Origin: Eledone cirrhosa
Taxonomy: Eukaryota
NCBI GenBank assembly: GCA_964016885.1
Contig: OZ024741.1
Coordinates: forward strand, 352,594,001-352,658,000
Direction of reading: 5' to 3'
DNA: 64,000 nt
The first letter of the stretch is position 1, and the number at the start of each line of letters is the position of its first letter. The notes under the pieces are model-generated. The model was not told the origin of the DNA. It was given only the letters and a program-made list of their open reading frames with translations, and ran no database searches. The translations under genes were made by a program, and so were the position numbers. Shown in pieces: positions 1 through 11,557 of the stretch.

Positions 1-300
1 CAATTCGAAGAAGTAGTGGCTCTACATGGAGTGGTTCCGAGCTATGCACTCTATCAAGTAATGTTACTCTAAAGACCCTTCGGAGGAATCCCATTTTGGC
101 TGCTTGTATTCACGATTGTATTCTTTTGGTCATTACCTAAGATTCATGACCATAGGTAAGGGTTGGCATGAATACCGAATTGAAGATAGTGAGTTTGGCT
201 TTTACACCAATCTCCCTTCTGATAAAAAAAAGTACCAACTTAGTACTGAGGTCGATTCTTCCACTGTGTCTCTTTCTCATTTCCATTCTTTCATTCTCTA
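1..300 (-). mobile_element. Decayed RTE-type LINE fragment (post-RT region)
   Basis: Minus-strand translation KAKLTIFNSVFMPTLTYGHES matches the typical K..IF......LTYG.E motif downstream of RTE reverse transcriptase; contains stops. Confidence 0.7.
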
Positions 301-728
301 TCCTTTTCTGGAAGAAACCTGCTGTATTAAGACATGGATAGGTGATAGGCTCTGCCAGGTTTAAAAAATTTCCTAGAAACATATGTCAATAGAGTGCCCC
401 TATGACTCCCTCAGGAATTACGGGTCTATACATACATTAGGTAGGGCACTAAGCAGTTAAGTTACATGATAATTATATCTGTAGAGAAGCAGTACAAGAT
501 TTAATGAAGCTATGTAAATGTGTTAATAATAAGTCAAAAGGATTCCAGCCATGACCTTCCTTTTGGAGAATTGCATATCGAGGACTACATTAACCAGTGT
601 GAACCATCCTTTTGAAGATGGCAGGGTGTAATTTAAATAAGATTTAGCTGCTTATTAGAAGTAAATGTTTTTTAAGGCACATATTATTTCACTTTTACTA
701 TAGAATTATGTCAGCTAAATTCACTTAA

Positions 729-936
729 CCTTTTAGCATTCACATTACTCCATATTTACTATTGTATTTTCTCAGAAAAGGTTTTATCTCACATAATATC
801 GAATCTATGAGATTTTGATAATAGTTATTTTGAGAAACAATACCTTAACATCAGTATGAGCAGCCGGTTACAACTGGTTTGAATAGAAAAGGTGAGAGAA
901 TTCTGGTCGGATATGGATGGTTTAAATGCTAAAGGA
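729..936. mobile_element. piggyBac-like MITE family A, copy 1
   Basis: TTAA flanks at 725-728 and 937-940; termini ccttttagcatt / aatgctaaagga; related copies at about 6304, 50736 and 60460. Confidence 0.7.
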
Positions 937-1746
937 TTAAAACACAGTTTATTGTTTTGAAAGAAAAAAATAAAAAAGGGACATGTTGGATACTGTGGTC
1001 ATTTGTTCTCTGCACATGGGAAAAAGATGAGATGGTCAAGGGTTGAGTGCCTTTGATTAAAAGCCTGTTTTATCATGGTGAGTTGGGGCTAAACAACAGC
1101 AGCACACTACAACCACTAGCACACCAATGTACTTTGTTTTTGATGGTATACAAAATATATCCTTCACCTCTTCATGAGGCAGAAGTATGTCATCTTTGTT
1201 GCATGTTTTTAGACAAATTCCTCAGGTAAAAAGACAGTCCTACACCACTGCCAGACTTCTTTCTCTGACTTGGATCATATCCAAAATTGGACAATGTCCA
1301 AACTATTCTAATTGTAAATAATATCTGTAAAGCTGTGTGTTCTTGTTATTCCTAAGCAAGTTTCTAAGACTATTCTCAGTGGTCATTATCAACAAAAAAA
1401 AACTCATTTAACATGCATGTGTCTTGGCACAGCAAAATATTTCTATTCACATCCTGTTTAGATCGTTTTCAGTATAGTTATCAAAGATTTTCTTTGAGGA
1501 GTGTTGCTTCTCATCAACATTTTCTGTTGAATGCAAGCTAGTCAAACCAAACAATTAGTTCAAAAATATCTTTTTGCCAACAGTGTAAAAAGTTTTACAA
1601 TGTTTCTCTTACTTTTCTTTGTAATGCTTGTATAGAAAACAACTCAGGAAAAACATTCACTTTAAAAAAAAAAAAAGGCTCAATTAAATGTAATTGAAAC
1701 ATAGGAACAATGCATAAACAAGTGCTGCTGTGAGAAAACAATAATA

Positions 1747-3963
1747 CACTGGGCTACAAAAAAAAATTTTTGTCTGGTGTCTGGAATATTTCTACGAATT
1801 CTTAAGTGATTTTTGCCTGCTAAATTCAAAAATAACTTCAGTTTTTCTCTATCAGGTCTAGTCAGAAAACTAGACCTGATAGAGTAAGTATTTTATTCAT
1901 ACAAGAGGCATATAATATGAATCAATAAAGAGAGTGTAACACAAAACAAAACAAAGTACAAATAAAAATTCAAAATTGAAAATGCACATTGGCAAAGATT
2001 TTTGGAAGAAAATTCAAGGAATAAATTTATGCTTCTTTGTGCATGGCGAATGTTGGAGCAACAGGAGTATCTCGTTTTAAACACCAGCAATAATCTGCCA
2101 TCATCACAGCGTCCCAACATCCTTGGTACCGAGTTTCCATCTCCTTGATGTCCTGATGGAATTGTTCGCCTTGTTCATCGCTAACATCTCCGAGATTTTC
2201 AGGAAAACGATCAAGATGACTAAAAAGATAGTACATTTTGATGCTCATATTTGTGCCAATATAATGAAAAGTTGATATCAAGTTGGTAACAAGGTCTTTA
2301 TAGTTTTCACTTTTGTGTTTTCCTAGGAAATTTTGCACTACTTCTGCAAAGGCTAGCCAAGCTAATGCTTCATGTTCGCTCATCGTTTTCACAAAATTTG
2401 TGTCCTTCAAGAGCTTACGGATCTGTGGTCCATCAAAAGTCCCTGCTTTAAGTTTTTCAATCAAGTCTGGAAATACACTGCAGATATACTTGAAGCACTC
2501 CCCACTTTTGTCAAGAGCTTTGACGAATTGCTTGATCAATCCGAGTTTGATGTGCAAAGGGGGTAAATGATCTTATCTCGCTCAACTAAAGGTTCTTCCA
2601 ATATATTAGCAGCTCTACATGGAGCCATATTTGTTCGAGGCAGCCAGTCTTTCTTAACATAGTGGTTTACTCGGTCTCTACTGTCCTACTGTCCTACATG
2701 CAAAGAAAGCATGGGTATTTGGTATAACCAGATTGCTGTCCCATGAGAAAATTCACCATCTTTAAGTCAGCGCAGATGACCTATTTATGATCATGATACA
2801 GTATCTTCTCTAAAACCAACTTAATTTCTTCATACTTTTCCTTCAGAGTTATTGAGTGGCTGAGTGGGACAGAGCCACAGAGCCATACACATTTCCGTTA
2901 TGCAACAGTACACATTTTAAACTATGCTAAGAGCTATCTATGAAAAGACGCCATTCCTCTGGTTTGTATTCCTCAATGCCAAGTTTATTAAGAAGCCCAC
3001 TCACATCTCTGCAGTAAACCAGCTCTTCCTCTTTTGTGAAGAAAGAAAGGAAATCTTCATGCCGACTCCGATAAAAGGTTATACGGACACCATTCTCTAG
3101 AAGATTCTTCTCTTTCAGTCGGGAAACCAACAGTTGTGCAGAATTTTTTGGGAGATTCAAGTCACGAACTAGATCATTCAGCTCTACCTGGGAGAATAGC
3201 TGAGGTAAAGTCTCAACTGAAAAGTCTTGATCTCTAGTGTCATCTTCAGGTGATGAATCTTCTTTGGTTGAGAGTAAAGTTATCTGAGTTAAGACATTGA
3301 AGACAGGAACAGGAAGCTCTTCACTGTGTGGAACCGGTCTAATAGCAGAGGCAAGATTAGGATAGACAAGCGTTTGTCGATTTTTTCCGGTGAATGCCCT
3401 TCAAATTTAGGTTACAAAAATAGCAGTCGTCCACGTGATTATAGGGTTCCCGTCATACCATTGGTATAGCAAACCTCATACTTTTCCTTGTCCCTTTAGT
3501 CCATTGTCACAAATGTTCTGTACATTGTTTGCAGACACTATGCAGTGTCCAATATTTATCTTGGTCTCCCAGCTTGACCCCAAAATATGCCATATACGCT
3601 CTTTCAACAAAATCAGTGATGCTTTTTTGATTTTCAGGTAATGTGTGTTTTCCACAAACAACAAAACACATTTGGAGAATTAACGCAACACTTTCTTGAA
3701 GAGGACATCTTGCTCATTTTCTATTGCTTAGTTCACCACAACATATAAAAAGTATGGTAAAAGAAAAAAAAACTTCGAATTAGAATAAGGTAACGAACAC
3801 TGTGTACTGGACGTACATACATACACAGTGACTATAGGGATGTTCAATTACTTAAAAACTAGATCTGATAGGTCAAAAAGAAGGTTATATTTGGAATTAG
3901 GAGACCGATTTTATATAGAAATGATGTCTATTTCCTAAACACCAAAAACCTTGTAGACCAGTG
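1747..3963 (-). mobile_element. Chapaev3-like (CMC group) DNA transposon, near full length, decayed
   Basis: Terminal inverted repeats CACTGGGCTACAA (1747) and TTGTAGACCAGTG (3963) with TA adjacent on both sides; internal frameshifted transposase. Confidence 0.8.
2027..3717 (-). pseudogene. Chapaev3-like transposase pseudogene
   Basis: N-terminus MSKMSSSRKCCVNSPNVFC..; Cys/His region (GDQDKYW..H.VCKQC, WREP.NH.DDCYFC); C-terminal LHIKLGLIKQFVKAL..FDGPQIR..H..RFPENLGDVSDEQGEQFHQDI..RYQG..MMADYCW; several frameshifts and stops. Confidence 0.8.
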
Positions 3964-4019
3964 TAATGATAGGGGATTTTAATTTAGGCACAAGGTCAGC
4001 AATTTGGAAGAAGTGGGGA

Positions 4020-4538
4020 AAAACCTGGGACGACATGATAAAATCTGACCTTGCACACTTACACCTCTCTAAGACAATGTCACTGGATCGAGATCTTTGG
4101 TGCCACGCAGTAATACAGAAGACCTGCCTTCCCTATGTGCAAAGTTAACCTACAGTCAGTAGGCCCCTCCTAACCAAATATACACCCCCAACCCACTACC
4201 CCTACTCCATCTTCCCACTCCTACCAACACCACCCTTTCTCTGTAAAGTTATGTTAGTACCACAACATCCAGTCCAAACTAAAGAGGTTGTGTAGGTGTC
4301 TCGACAAAAAAACATAGTCTACGCTGTAATGTGGTCGTGTAGGAAACACGGTAAAAAGGCTCCCAGTCCACACTGTAAATGTGGTGGTGTTAGGAAGGGC
4401 ATCCAGTCGTAGAAAACCTGCCAGATACAGTTCTATACGAGTGAGATGCGGTCACCCAATCAATCTTGCCTCAATTGGGACAATTCCCGTCTAACCCATG
4501 CTGGCGTGGAAGACAGACGTTAAACAATGATGATGATG
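4020..4538 (+). mobile_element. RTE LINE 3' end (ORF tail, 3'UTR, (GAT)n tail)
   Basis: [27 protein letters not shown]; 3'UTR motif aggaagggcatccag..gtagaaa; tail gatgatgat. Confidence 0.85.
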
Positions 4539-4539
4539 G

Positions 4540-4870
4540 GCAAGTCAATTATATTGACTCCAGTACTTAACTGGTATTTTATCTTATCGATCCCAGAAAG
4601 ATGAAAGGCAAAGTTGGCTTTGGTGGGATTTGAACTCAGAATGTAAAGACCTAGAATTGTTTCTAATTTCGGCACAAAACCATCAATTTGGAGGGGGAGG
4701 ATAAGTCAATGGTATTAACCCCAGTACTTGACTGGTACTCTATTTTATTGATTCAGAAGAATGAAAGGAAAAGTTGACTTTGGCAGGATTTGAATGCAGA
4801 CTGTAAAGAGCAGAAACGAATGCTGCAAAGCATTTTAGCAGACGCACCAATGATTCTGCCAATCCACCAC
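4540..4870 (-). mobile_element. Two adjacent decayed tRNA-derived SINEs
   Basis: Reverse complement shows B-box GAGTTCAAATCC and the core gcctttcatc..gatcgataa..ataccag shared with other copies. Confidence 0.7.
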
Positions 4871-4871
4871 C

Positions 4872-5130
4872 ATGGTCGCTGTTGAGACCTCAGGCATACT
4901 TGGAACCTCTACTGCCGAGCTCCTCTGGAAGATTGGAAGTTGGTGGCCTGTCTGAGGAAGAAGCCCTGCAACTGGGGTGGCTGTTGCAGTGGGTGTCGCT
5001 CGCCATTGTCTGCAGGAATGCTTTTGCAGTCTTGTCTGCGGGGTGCAGCCCCATTACCACTGCACCCTGGCCCACAGCCCAATCTCCCTCCCCCTCCTTC
5101 TGTGACACTGGAGCCCTTGCCTTTCCCTTA
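4872..5130 (+). mobile_element. CRE-like non-LTR retrotransposon 3' fragment (end of restriction-like endonuclease region)
   Basis: VAVETSGILG...LQWVSLAIVCRNAFAVL; homologous to 57150-57560 and 61215-61475. Confidence 0.6.
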
Positions 5131-5705
5131 CTTTACCATTTAAAAAAATATATTTTCTTGTTTTACATTCCATTCTTTCTTCTCAATCACATTTTTTTTT
5201 CTTTTTCTATTAAATTGTATTTACATGATATATTTGGAATTAGGAGACGATTTGACGAAAAAAAAAAAAAAAAAAAAACCCCCAAAAATATAAAAATAAA
5301 CCAGTTTCTGATTAGGCACAACACCAGAAAATTTTTTTGCGGGGAAAGTTGATTATATCATCCGCAGTATTTGACTGGTACTTTATTTTATCACTCTTCC
5401 CCTCTCAGAATTTGAAAGGCGAAGTTGATCTTGGCAGGATGTGAACTGAAAATGTAAAGTCATAACTAAAAGCTACAAAACATTTTACTGGATACCGTAA
5501 CAATTGTGCTTCTAATATCGACACAAGATGAATGTTGTTTTGGGCATGTCGGAGGCAGAATAATTTATGAAGGCTCCCACTGTTCATGACTGGTATTATT
5601 AAAGATCCTGGGAAGGATGATAAGCGATGTCAATGAAAATTAATGATTTCTAACATCTGAACTATAATAAAGTGAGGAGTGTCTTAAGTAATGACTTAGA
5701 ACATT

Positions 5706-5890
5706 TAATTGTTTCTACTTTAGGCACAAGGCCAGCAATTACCCAGTGCATTACTGGTACTTTATTTTATCGACCCCGTAAGGATGAAAGGCAAAGTCAA
5801 CCTCGGCGGGATTTGAACTCAGATCGTAAAGGGACGTAACTATGCTGGAAAGTATGGCGTCCGAACCTCTACCGATACTGCCAATCCACC
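5706..5890 (-). mobile_element. tRNA-derived SINE (Meta-domain-like core), full length
   Basis: Reverse complement: A-box TGGCAGTATCGG, B-box GAGTTCAAATCC, core gcctttcatccttacggggtcgataaaataaagtacc; flanked by direct repeat taatgacttagaacatttaat. Confidence 0.85.
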
Positions 5891-5958
5891 GTATAATGAC
5901 TTAGAACATTTAATGATTTAATAATAGTAATCAGTCAATGAAGTTCCTGTAACTTGTG

Positions 5959-6172
5959 CACCCAGTTGATGGGGTGCCACACTTGATGTTTGACAATGTG
6001 TCCGACATAGCATTTCAGTGGGCCTTCGAAATGCTTAGCAATACCCATCTCCTTGTCGAGCACCCAGTCACTGGGGTACCACACTTGATGTTTGACTGTG
6101 TGGCCAACATAGCATTTCAGAGGGCCTTCAAAAAGCTTGGCAATGCCCATCTCCTCTTCGAGTACCCAGTCC
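5959..6172. repeat. 102-bp imperfect tandem repeat (about 2.1 copies)
   Basis: acccagt...gggg recurs at 5959, 6061 and partially at 6163. Confidence 0.75.
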
Positions 6173-6303
6173 TTAACTAACTTTAGCCTGCCAACAGAAA
6201 TGTACTGGGGTGTGACTTAGAAATGCCCTGGAGCCAGAAGTGAGAGGTGTGAACCAATGTACCTGACCTGTTTATCTCTAAGGATACTGCTGCTGGACAT
6301 TAA

Positions 6304-6511
6304 CCCTTTAGCATTTACATTACTCTATATATACTAATGTATTTTCACAGTAAAGGCTTTATTTTACATAATTATCTCACATAATATTGAATCTATGAGA
6401 TTTTGATATTTATTTTGAGAACAATAACTAAACATCAGTATGAGCGGCCGGTTTGAACAGAAAGAGGTGAGAGAATTTTGGCGGGGTACGGCCAGTTTAA
6501 ATGAAAAAGTT
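6304..6511. mobile_element. piggyBac-like MITE family A, copy 2
   Basis: TTAA-ccctttagcatttac start; similar to 729-936; TTAA at the right end. Confidence 0.65.
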
Positions 6512-6629
6512 TTAAGGAATTCACACTACCCTATCACCCTGGTTTTGAGATAATATTTCTTTGAATAATAATAATAATGATTTCTTTATTTCTTTATTTC
6601 TTTCTATATTTATTTATTTATAATAATAA

Positions 6630-7782
6630 GACTAAGGTCCTTGTAAGTAGATGAGAAAACAGAACCCAGATCCCCTCAGGGAAATGGCCTTGCTCAGTAT
6701 GTAGGAAAGGTGTAGGTAGGAACTCCATTCTCTGCCCCAAATGCAAACAATGGGTACACAAGAGATGTAGCGGGATCTCAGGAAGCTTAATTAAGAATGT
6801 AGGATTCACATGCAGCAGCTGTGCTGAAACAGCAAGCAGCAAACAGCCACAGGAAACAAGTACCACCAATCTCTGGGAGGGCCCTGTAGAAACAGTAGAC
6901 AGCTTCTGCTACCTAGGTGACCGAATTAGCAACGGAGGTGGGTGTTCAGAAAGTACAATAACTAGGGTAAGAACGGGATGGAAGAAGTTTAGGGAACTAC
7001 TACCACTGCTAGCTGCAAAAGGCTTCTCCCTCAGAATGAAAGGCAGACTGTATGATGCGTGTATCCGAACAGCGATGTTGCATGGTAGTGAGACCTGGGC
7101 GCTGAAGGTGGAAGACTTACGTAGATTAGAGAGAAACGAAGCCTGCATGCTCCGATGGATGTGTAACAGTAATATACGTGAACGACAAAGCATAAATGAA
7201 TTGAGAGAGAGACTGAGCATAAGAGGAATCAAATGCTGTGTGCAGGAGAGGCGGTTGCGCTGGTATGGACATGTGATGCGTATGAAGGATGACAGCTGCA
7301 TAAAAAGGTGCAGAGCACTAGAAGTTGATGGAAACCACGGAGTGGGGAGACCCAAGATGACCTGGGATGAGGTGATAAAAGCCGACCTTACCCAATTACA
7401 CCTCTCAAAGACAATGACACACGACCGTGACTTCTGGCGTCACGCAGTAATACAGAGTACCCGACCTCTCATGGGTACAAGCTGAAGCATATAAACAATA
7501 TGCCCCCACACCCCCCACCGCAAGGTGGTCGTGGAGGTGCCACGGCAAAAAAGCACCCAGCCCACACTGTAAAGTGGACGTGTAGGCGCCACGAAAAAGC
7601 ACCCAGCACTCACTGTAAATTAGGTTGGTGTTAGGAAGGGCATCCAGCTGTAGAAATCAAGCCAGATCAGTTCCTGTATGAGCAAGGCATGGTCAGCCGA
7701 CCAGACACTGCCCACAACAGGACAACCCGTCTAACCCATGCTAGCGTGGAAGAACGGACGTTAAACGGTGATGATGATGATG
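6630..7782 (+). mobile_element. 5'-truncated RTE LINE (PHD-like finger, RT thumb, C-terminus, 3'UTR, (GAT)n)
   Basis: WPCSVCRKGVGRNSILCPKC..., [41 protein letters not shown]; nearly identical to the reverse complement of 33420-34575. Confidence 0.92.
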
Positions 7783-7784
7783 AA

Positions 7785-8220
7785 TAATTGTTTCTACTTT
7801 AGACAAGAGGCCAGCAATTTGAAGGGAAAGGGGAAGTCGATCCGAGTGTATTACTGGTACTTTATCAACCCCGTAAGGATGAAAGGCAATGCTAACCTCG
7901 GCTGGATTTGAACTCAGAATGTTAAGGGCCGTAACTCTATGCCATAAAGCATAATGTCCGACTCTATACGGATACTGCCATTCCACCACCCAATAATTGT
8001 TTCTACTATAGGCACAAGGACATCAATTTTAGTGGAGGGGAAATAAGATTAAATCGACCCCAGTCCATTACTGATGCTATATTTTATCGACCCCCCTCGT
8101 AAAGATGACAGGTAAAGCTAACTTTGGCGGGATTTGAACTCAGAGCGTAAAGGACCATAACTCTATGCTGCAAAACATATTGTCTGACGTTCTACCGACA
8201 CTGCCAATCCACAGCCCTAA
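7785..8220 (-). mobile_element. Two tandem tRNA-derived SINEs (Meta-like core)
   Basis: Each has reverse-complement A/B boxes, the core and the tail ..gtagaaacaattatt. Confidence 0.8.
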
Positions 8221-8250
8221 TAATAATAATAATTTTTGTTCTATTTTCAG

Positions 8251-8324
8251 GCTGTCACGAGACAAAAATTCCTCTACCCTGATGATCCACGTAAATCTCT
8301 GGAAAATGGTGTACAACTTTGCGA
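8251..8324 (+). CDS. LMO7: Internal coding exon of a calponin-homology-domain gene, LMO7/LIMCH1-like
   Basis: Polypyrimidine acceptor ttttgttctattttcag|, donor GA|gtatgt. Encodes AVTRQKFLYPDDPRKSLENGVQLCE, resembling from memory the LMO7 CH segment AVTEKNF..DFRASLENGVLLCD. Flanking exons not found in the window; the symbol is a family-level guess. Confidence 0.72.
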
Positions 8325-8354
8325 GTATGTATATCTCTTAAAGGTAGTTGATGT

Positions 8355-8580
8355 CGTGTGTGTGTTGTCTGTGTCTCTGTGTTTTGTTCATGTGTTGTGT
8401 GTGTTCATGTGTTGTGTGTGTTCTGTGTTGTGTATGTATGTGTATTGTGTGTATGTGTTGAGTTGTGTATGAGTGTTGTGCGTGTGTGTGTGTGCTCTGT
8501 GTATGTGGGCATGGGTGTGTGCATGTGTGATTGTGTATGTGTGTCTGTTTGTGTGTGTGTGTGCATGTATATGTGTGTGT
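8355..8580. repeat. Degenerate (TG)n microsatellite
   Basis: Direct reading. Confidence 0.85.
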
Positions 8581-8847
8581 TTACTTCCCTTATGTAACCC
8601 ACACTCACCTCCTGATTTCTCTACATACATATACTTGTTATTTTGTTTGTTTATTTGTCTATTTATATGATTTATTCTTTCATGAATGTCACATTTGGGA
8701 TTTCCTCTGTTCTATTTGTCCTTTGCAAATAAACAACAGCCCACACATCCACACCTTCAGGCTGTTTGTCACTTGACACACAGTTGTGTTTAGTAGTACA
8801 CACATGTGGTGGTAGTGGTGGTGGGTAGTAGTGGTGGTCTTCATGCA

Positions 8848-8894
<47 letters not shown>

Positions 8895-8910
8895 ATGTAT
8901 ATTCATGCAA

Positions 8911-8947
<37 letters not shown>

Positions 8948-8983
8948 ATTAACAAATGGAAACTATATTTATAAAATCATATT

Positions 8984-9048
8984 TATTTCATTATACATAT
9001 TTCAAGGACACCAAGTTAAATTATGGTGTGCTTTCATCAGATAAAATA
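8984..9048 (-). ncRNA. Minimal type I hammerhead ribozyme motif
   Basis: Exact reverse complement of 9166-9230. Confidence 0.7.
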
Positions 9049-9165
9049 TAATATAGATCAGTTTTACTGTTGGAAGCTCCAGGATACTATCCTGGAGCTT
9101 CCAACAGTAATGGTTGCATTCCGTAAGGGTATGTCAATATTTATTTATAAAACTGATCTATATTA

Positions 9166-9230
9166 TATTTTATCTGATGAAAGCACACCATAATTTAACT
9201 TGGTGTCCTTGAAATATGTATAATGAAATA
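9166..9230 (+). ncRNA. Minimal type I hammerhead ribozyme motif
   Basis: Stem I tattttat / atgaaata; CTGATGA 9174-9180; stem II aagcacacca / tggtgtcctt; GAAA 9211-9214; short stem III T-atgt-A; AUA cleavage triplet ending at 9222. Confidence 0.72.
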
Positions 9231-9435
9231 AATATGATTTTATAAATATAGTTTCCATTTGTTAATATCATATTTTTATTCCAAATACTTGTTGAGTGCT
9301 TTATATCAGTTATAAAAATATTTGTTTGTTGTATCCCAACAATTTAAATAGAACTTTATATATATATATATGGATGTATATATGAATATACATCCATATA
9401 GTGTGTGTATATATATATGGATGTATATTCATGCA

Positions 9436-9472
<37 letters not shown>

Positions 9473-9630
9473 GGATGTATATTCATGCAAGTGTGTGTTT
9501 GTGTGTGTGTATATATATATATATACACCCTATATATATATATGTACACACACACACACACATACTTGCATGAATATACATCCATATATATATATACACA
9601 CACACACACACACTTGCATGAATATACATC

Positions 9631-9669
<39 letters not shown>

Positions 9670-9677
9670 TGTGTATG

Positions 9678-9713
<36 letters not shown>

Positions 9714-9771
9714 GAAACACACAGATACATGCGGACACACACATATACATGAATGCAACCGCACCCAACCG

Positions 9772-10297
9772 TCAGTTAAGGGTGTCAACTTCACCGATGT
9801 TGCTCAATGAATGACTGGGACAGACCAATCCGGTTGAACTAGACTGAACCAGTATCAGAGTTAAAAATACATTATGAAGAGAGAAGAAACATTTAGATAT
9901 AATTAGTAATAAAATGTATCATACCTAAACTGCTCCTAGATTCCTCGACTACGTAGTTTCGTGGCATAAACAAAAACAATACATCATAAAGATATAGAGT
10001 CCTTGCGAGGTCTGCCGACTTATCAAGAGGATACCTCATTTTACTAGTCTCAAGAACGCGTCTACACGACGTGAGAAAGAATCCCAAAAGGCGGAGGGGG
10101 AGATAGTCACGCGATATAACGGTCGAGAAACAGAGCTAAGCCTCTTATAACCCCGAAGAAAATACCACGGAGGCGGAGCGGGTATTTATATCGAAGCCGC
10201 AGAAGAGGTGGTGAAGGAGGCGAGAAGTATGAGTAATGGAAGCTTTTCAGCAGTCCTCACACTTCAAAGATTGCTCGACCAGAGGGAGTTATTAACA
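9772..10297 (-). mobile_element. About 525-bp insertion flanked by ~65-bp direct repeats; possible Penelope pseudo-LTR remnant
   Basis: atatttagaaacacacagatacatgcggac...cccaaccgt occurs at about 9706 and 10298; minus strand has TATAAATA (about 10190) and GAAA-CTACGTAG-TC (9947-9960). Confidence 0.45.
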
Positions 10298-10369
10298 ATA
10301 TATTTAGAAACACACAGATACATGCGGACACACACATATATACATGAATGCATCCGCACCCAACCGTGA

Positions 10370-10448
<79 letters not shown>

Positions 10449-10483
10449 TGTGTATGTATATATATATATATATATATGGTATG

Positions 10484-10522
<39 letters not shown>

Positions 10523-10526
10523 TGTG

Positions 10527-10565
<39 letters not shown>

Positions 10566-10569
10566 TGTG

Positions 10570-10614
<45 letters not shown>

Positions 10615-10921
10615 GGAATGTATGTATATATATATATATATATGGAATGTATGTATGTATATATATGGAATGTATGTATGTATATATATGGTATGTATGT
10701 ATGTATGTGTATGGAATGTATGTATGTATATATATGGAATGTATGTATGTATGTGTATGGTATGTATATATATATATATATGGAATGTATGTATATATAT
10801 ATATATGGAATGTATGTATATATATATATATGGAGTGTATGTATATATATGTATGTATGTATGTATATATATATATGTATGTATGTGTATGTATGTATGT
10901 ATATATATATATGTATGTATG

Positions 10922-10957
<36 letters not shown>

Positions 10958-11557
10958 TGTATATATATGTATGTATGTATGTATGTATATATATGTATGT
11001 ATGTATATATATGTATGTATGTATATATATGTATGTATGTATATATATATATGGAGTGTATGTATATATATATATGTATGTATGTATGTATATATATATA
11101 TATATATGGAGTGTATGTATATATATGTATGTATGTATATATGTATGTATGTATATATGTATGTATGTATGTATATATATATGTATGTATGTATATATAT
11201 ATGTATGTATGTATATATATATGTATGTATGTATATATATATGTATGTATGTATATATATATGTATGTATGTATATATATATGTATGTATGTATATATAT
11301 ATGTATGTATGTATATATATATGTATGTATGTATATATATATGTATGTATGTATATATATATGTATGTATGTATGTATGTATATATGTATGTATGTATGT
11401 ATATATATATATGTATGTATATATATATATATATGTATGTATGTATGTATGTATATATATATATATATGTATGTATGTATATATATATGTATGTATGTAT
11501 ATATATATGTATGTATGTATATATATGTATGTATGTATGTATGTATATATATATATA
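10370..11557. repeat. Compound (TA)n/(TATG)n microsatellite with GGTGTG/GGAATG/GGAGTG interruptions
   Basis: Direct reading. Confidence 0.95.

Larger units (their letters stand above)
8941..9273. mobile_element. Fold-back element with hammerhead motifs in both arms (Penelope-like/retrozyme-like), family H1
   Basis: About 125-bp perfect inverted arms (8941-9065 / 9148-9273) plus an inner hairpin at 9063-9110. Confidence 0.75.

Noticed and set aside
1213-1225. 13-nt candidate microexon (ttttag|ACAAATTCCTCAG|gtaaaa)
   Set aside because: Expected by chance; no link to the CH-domain frame.
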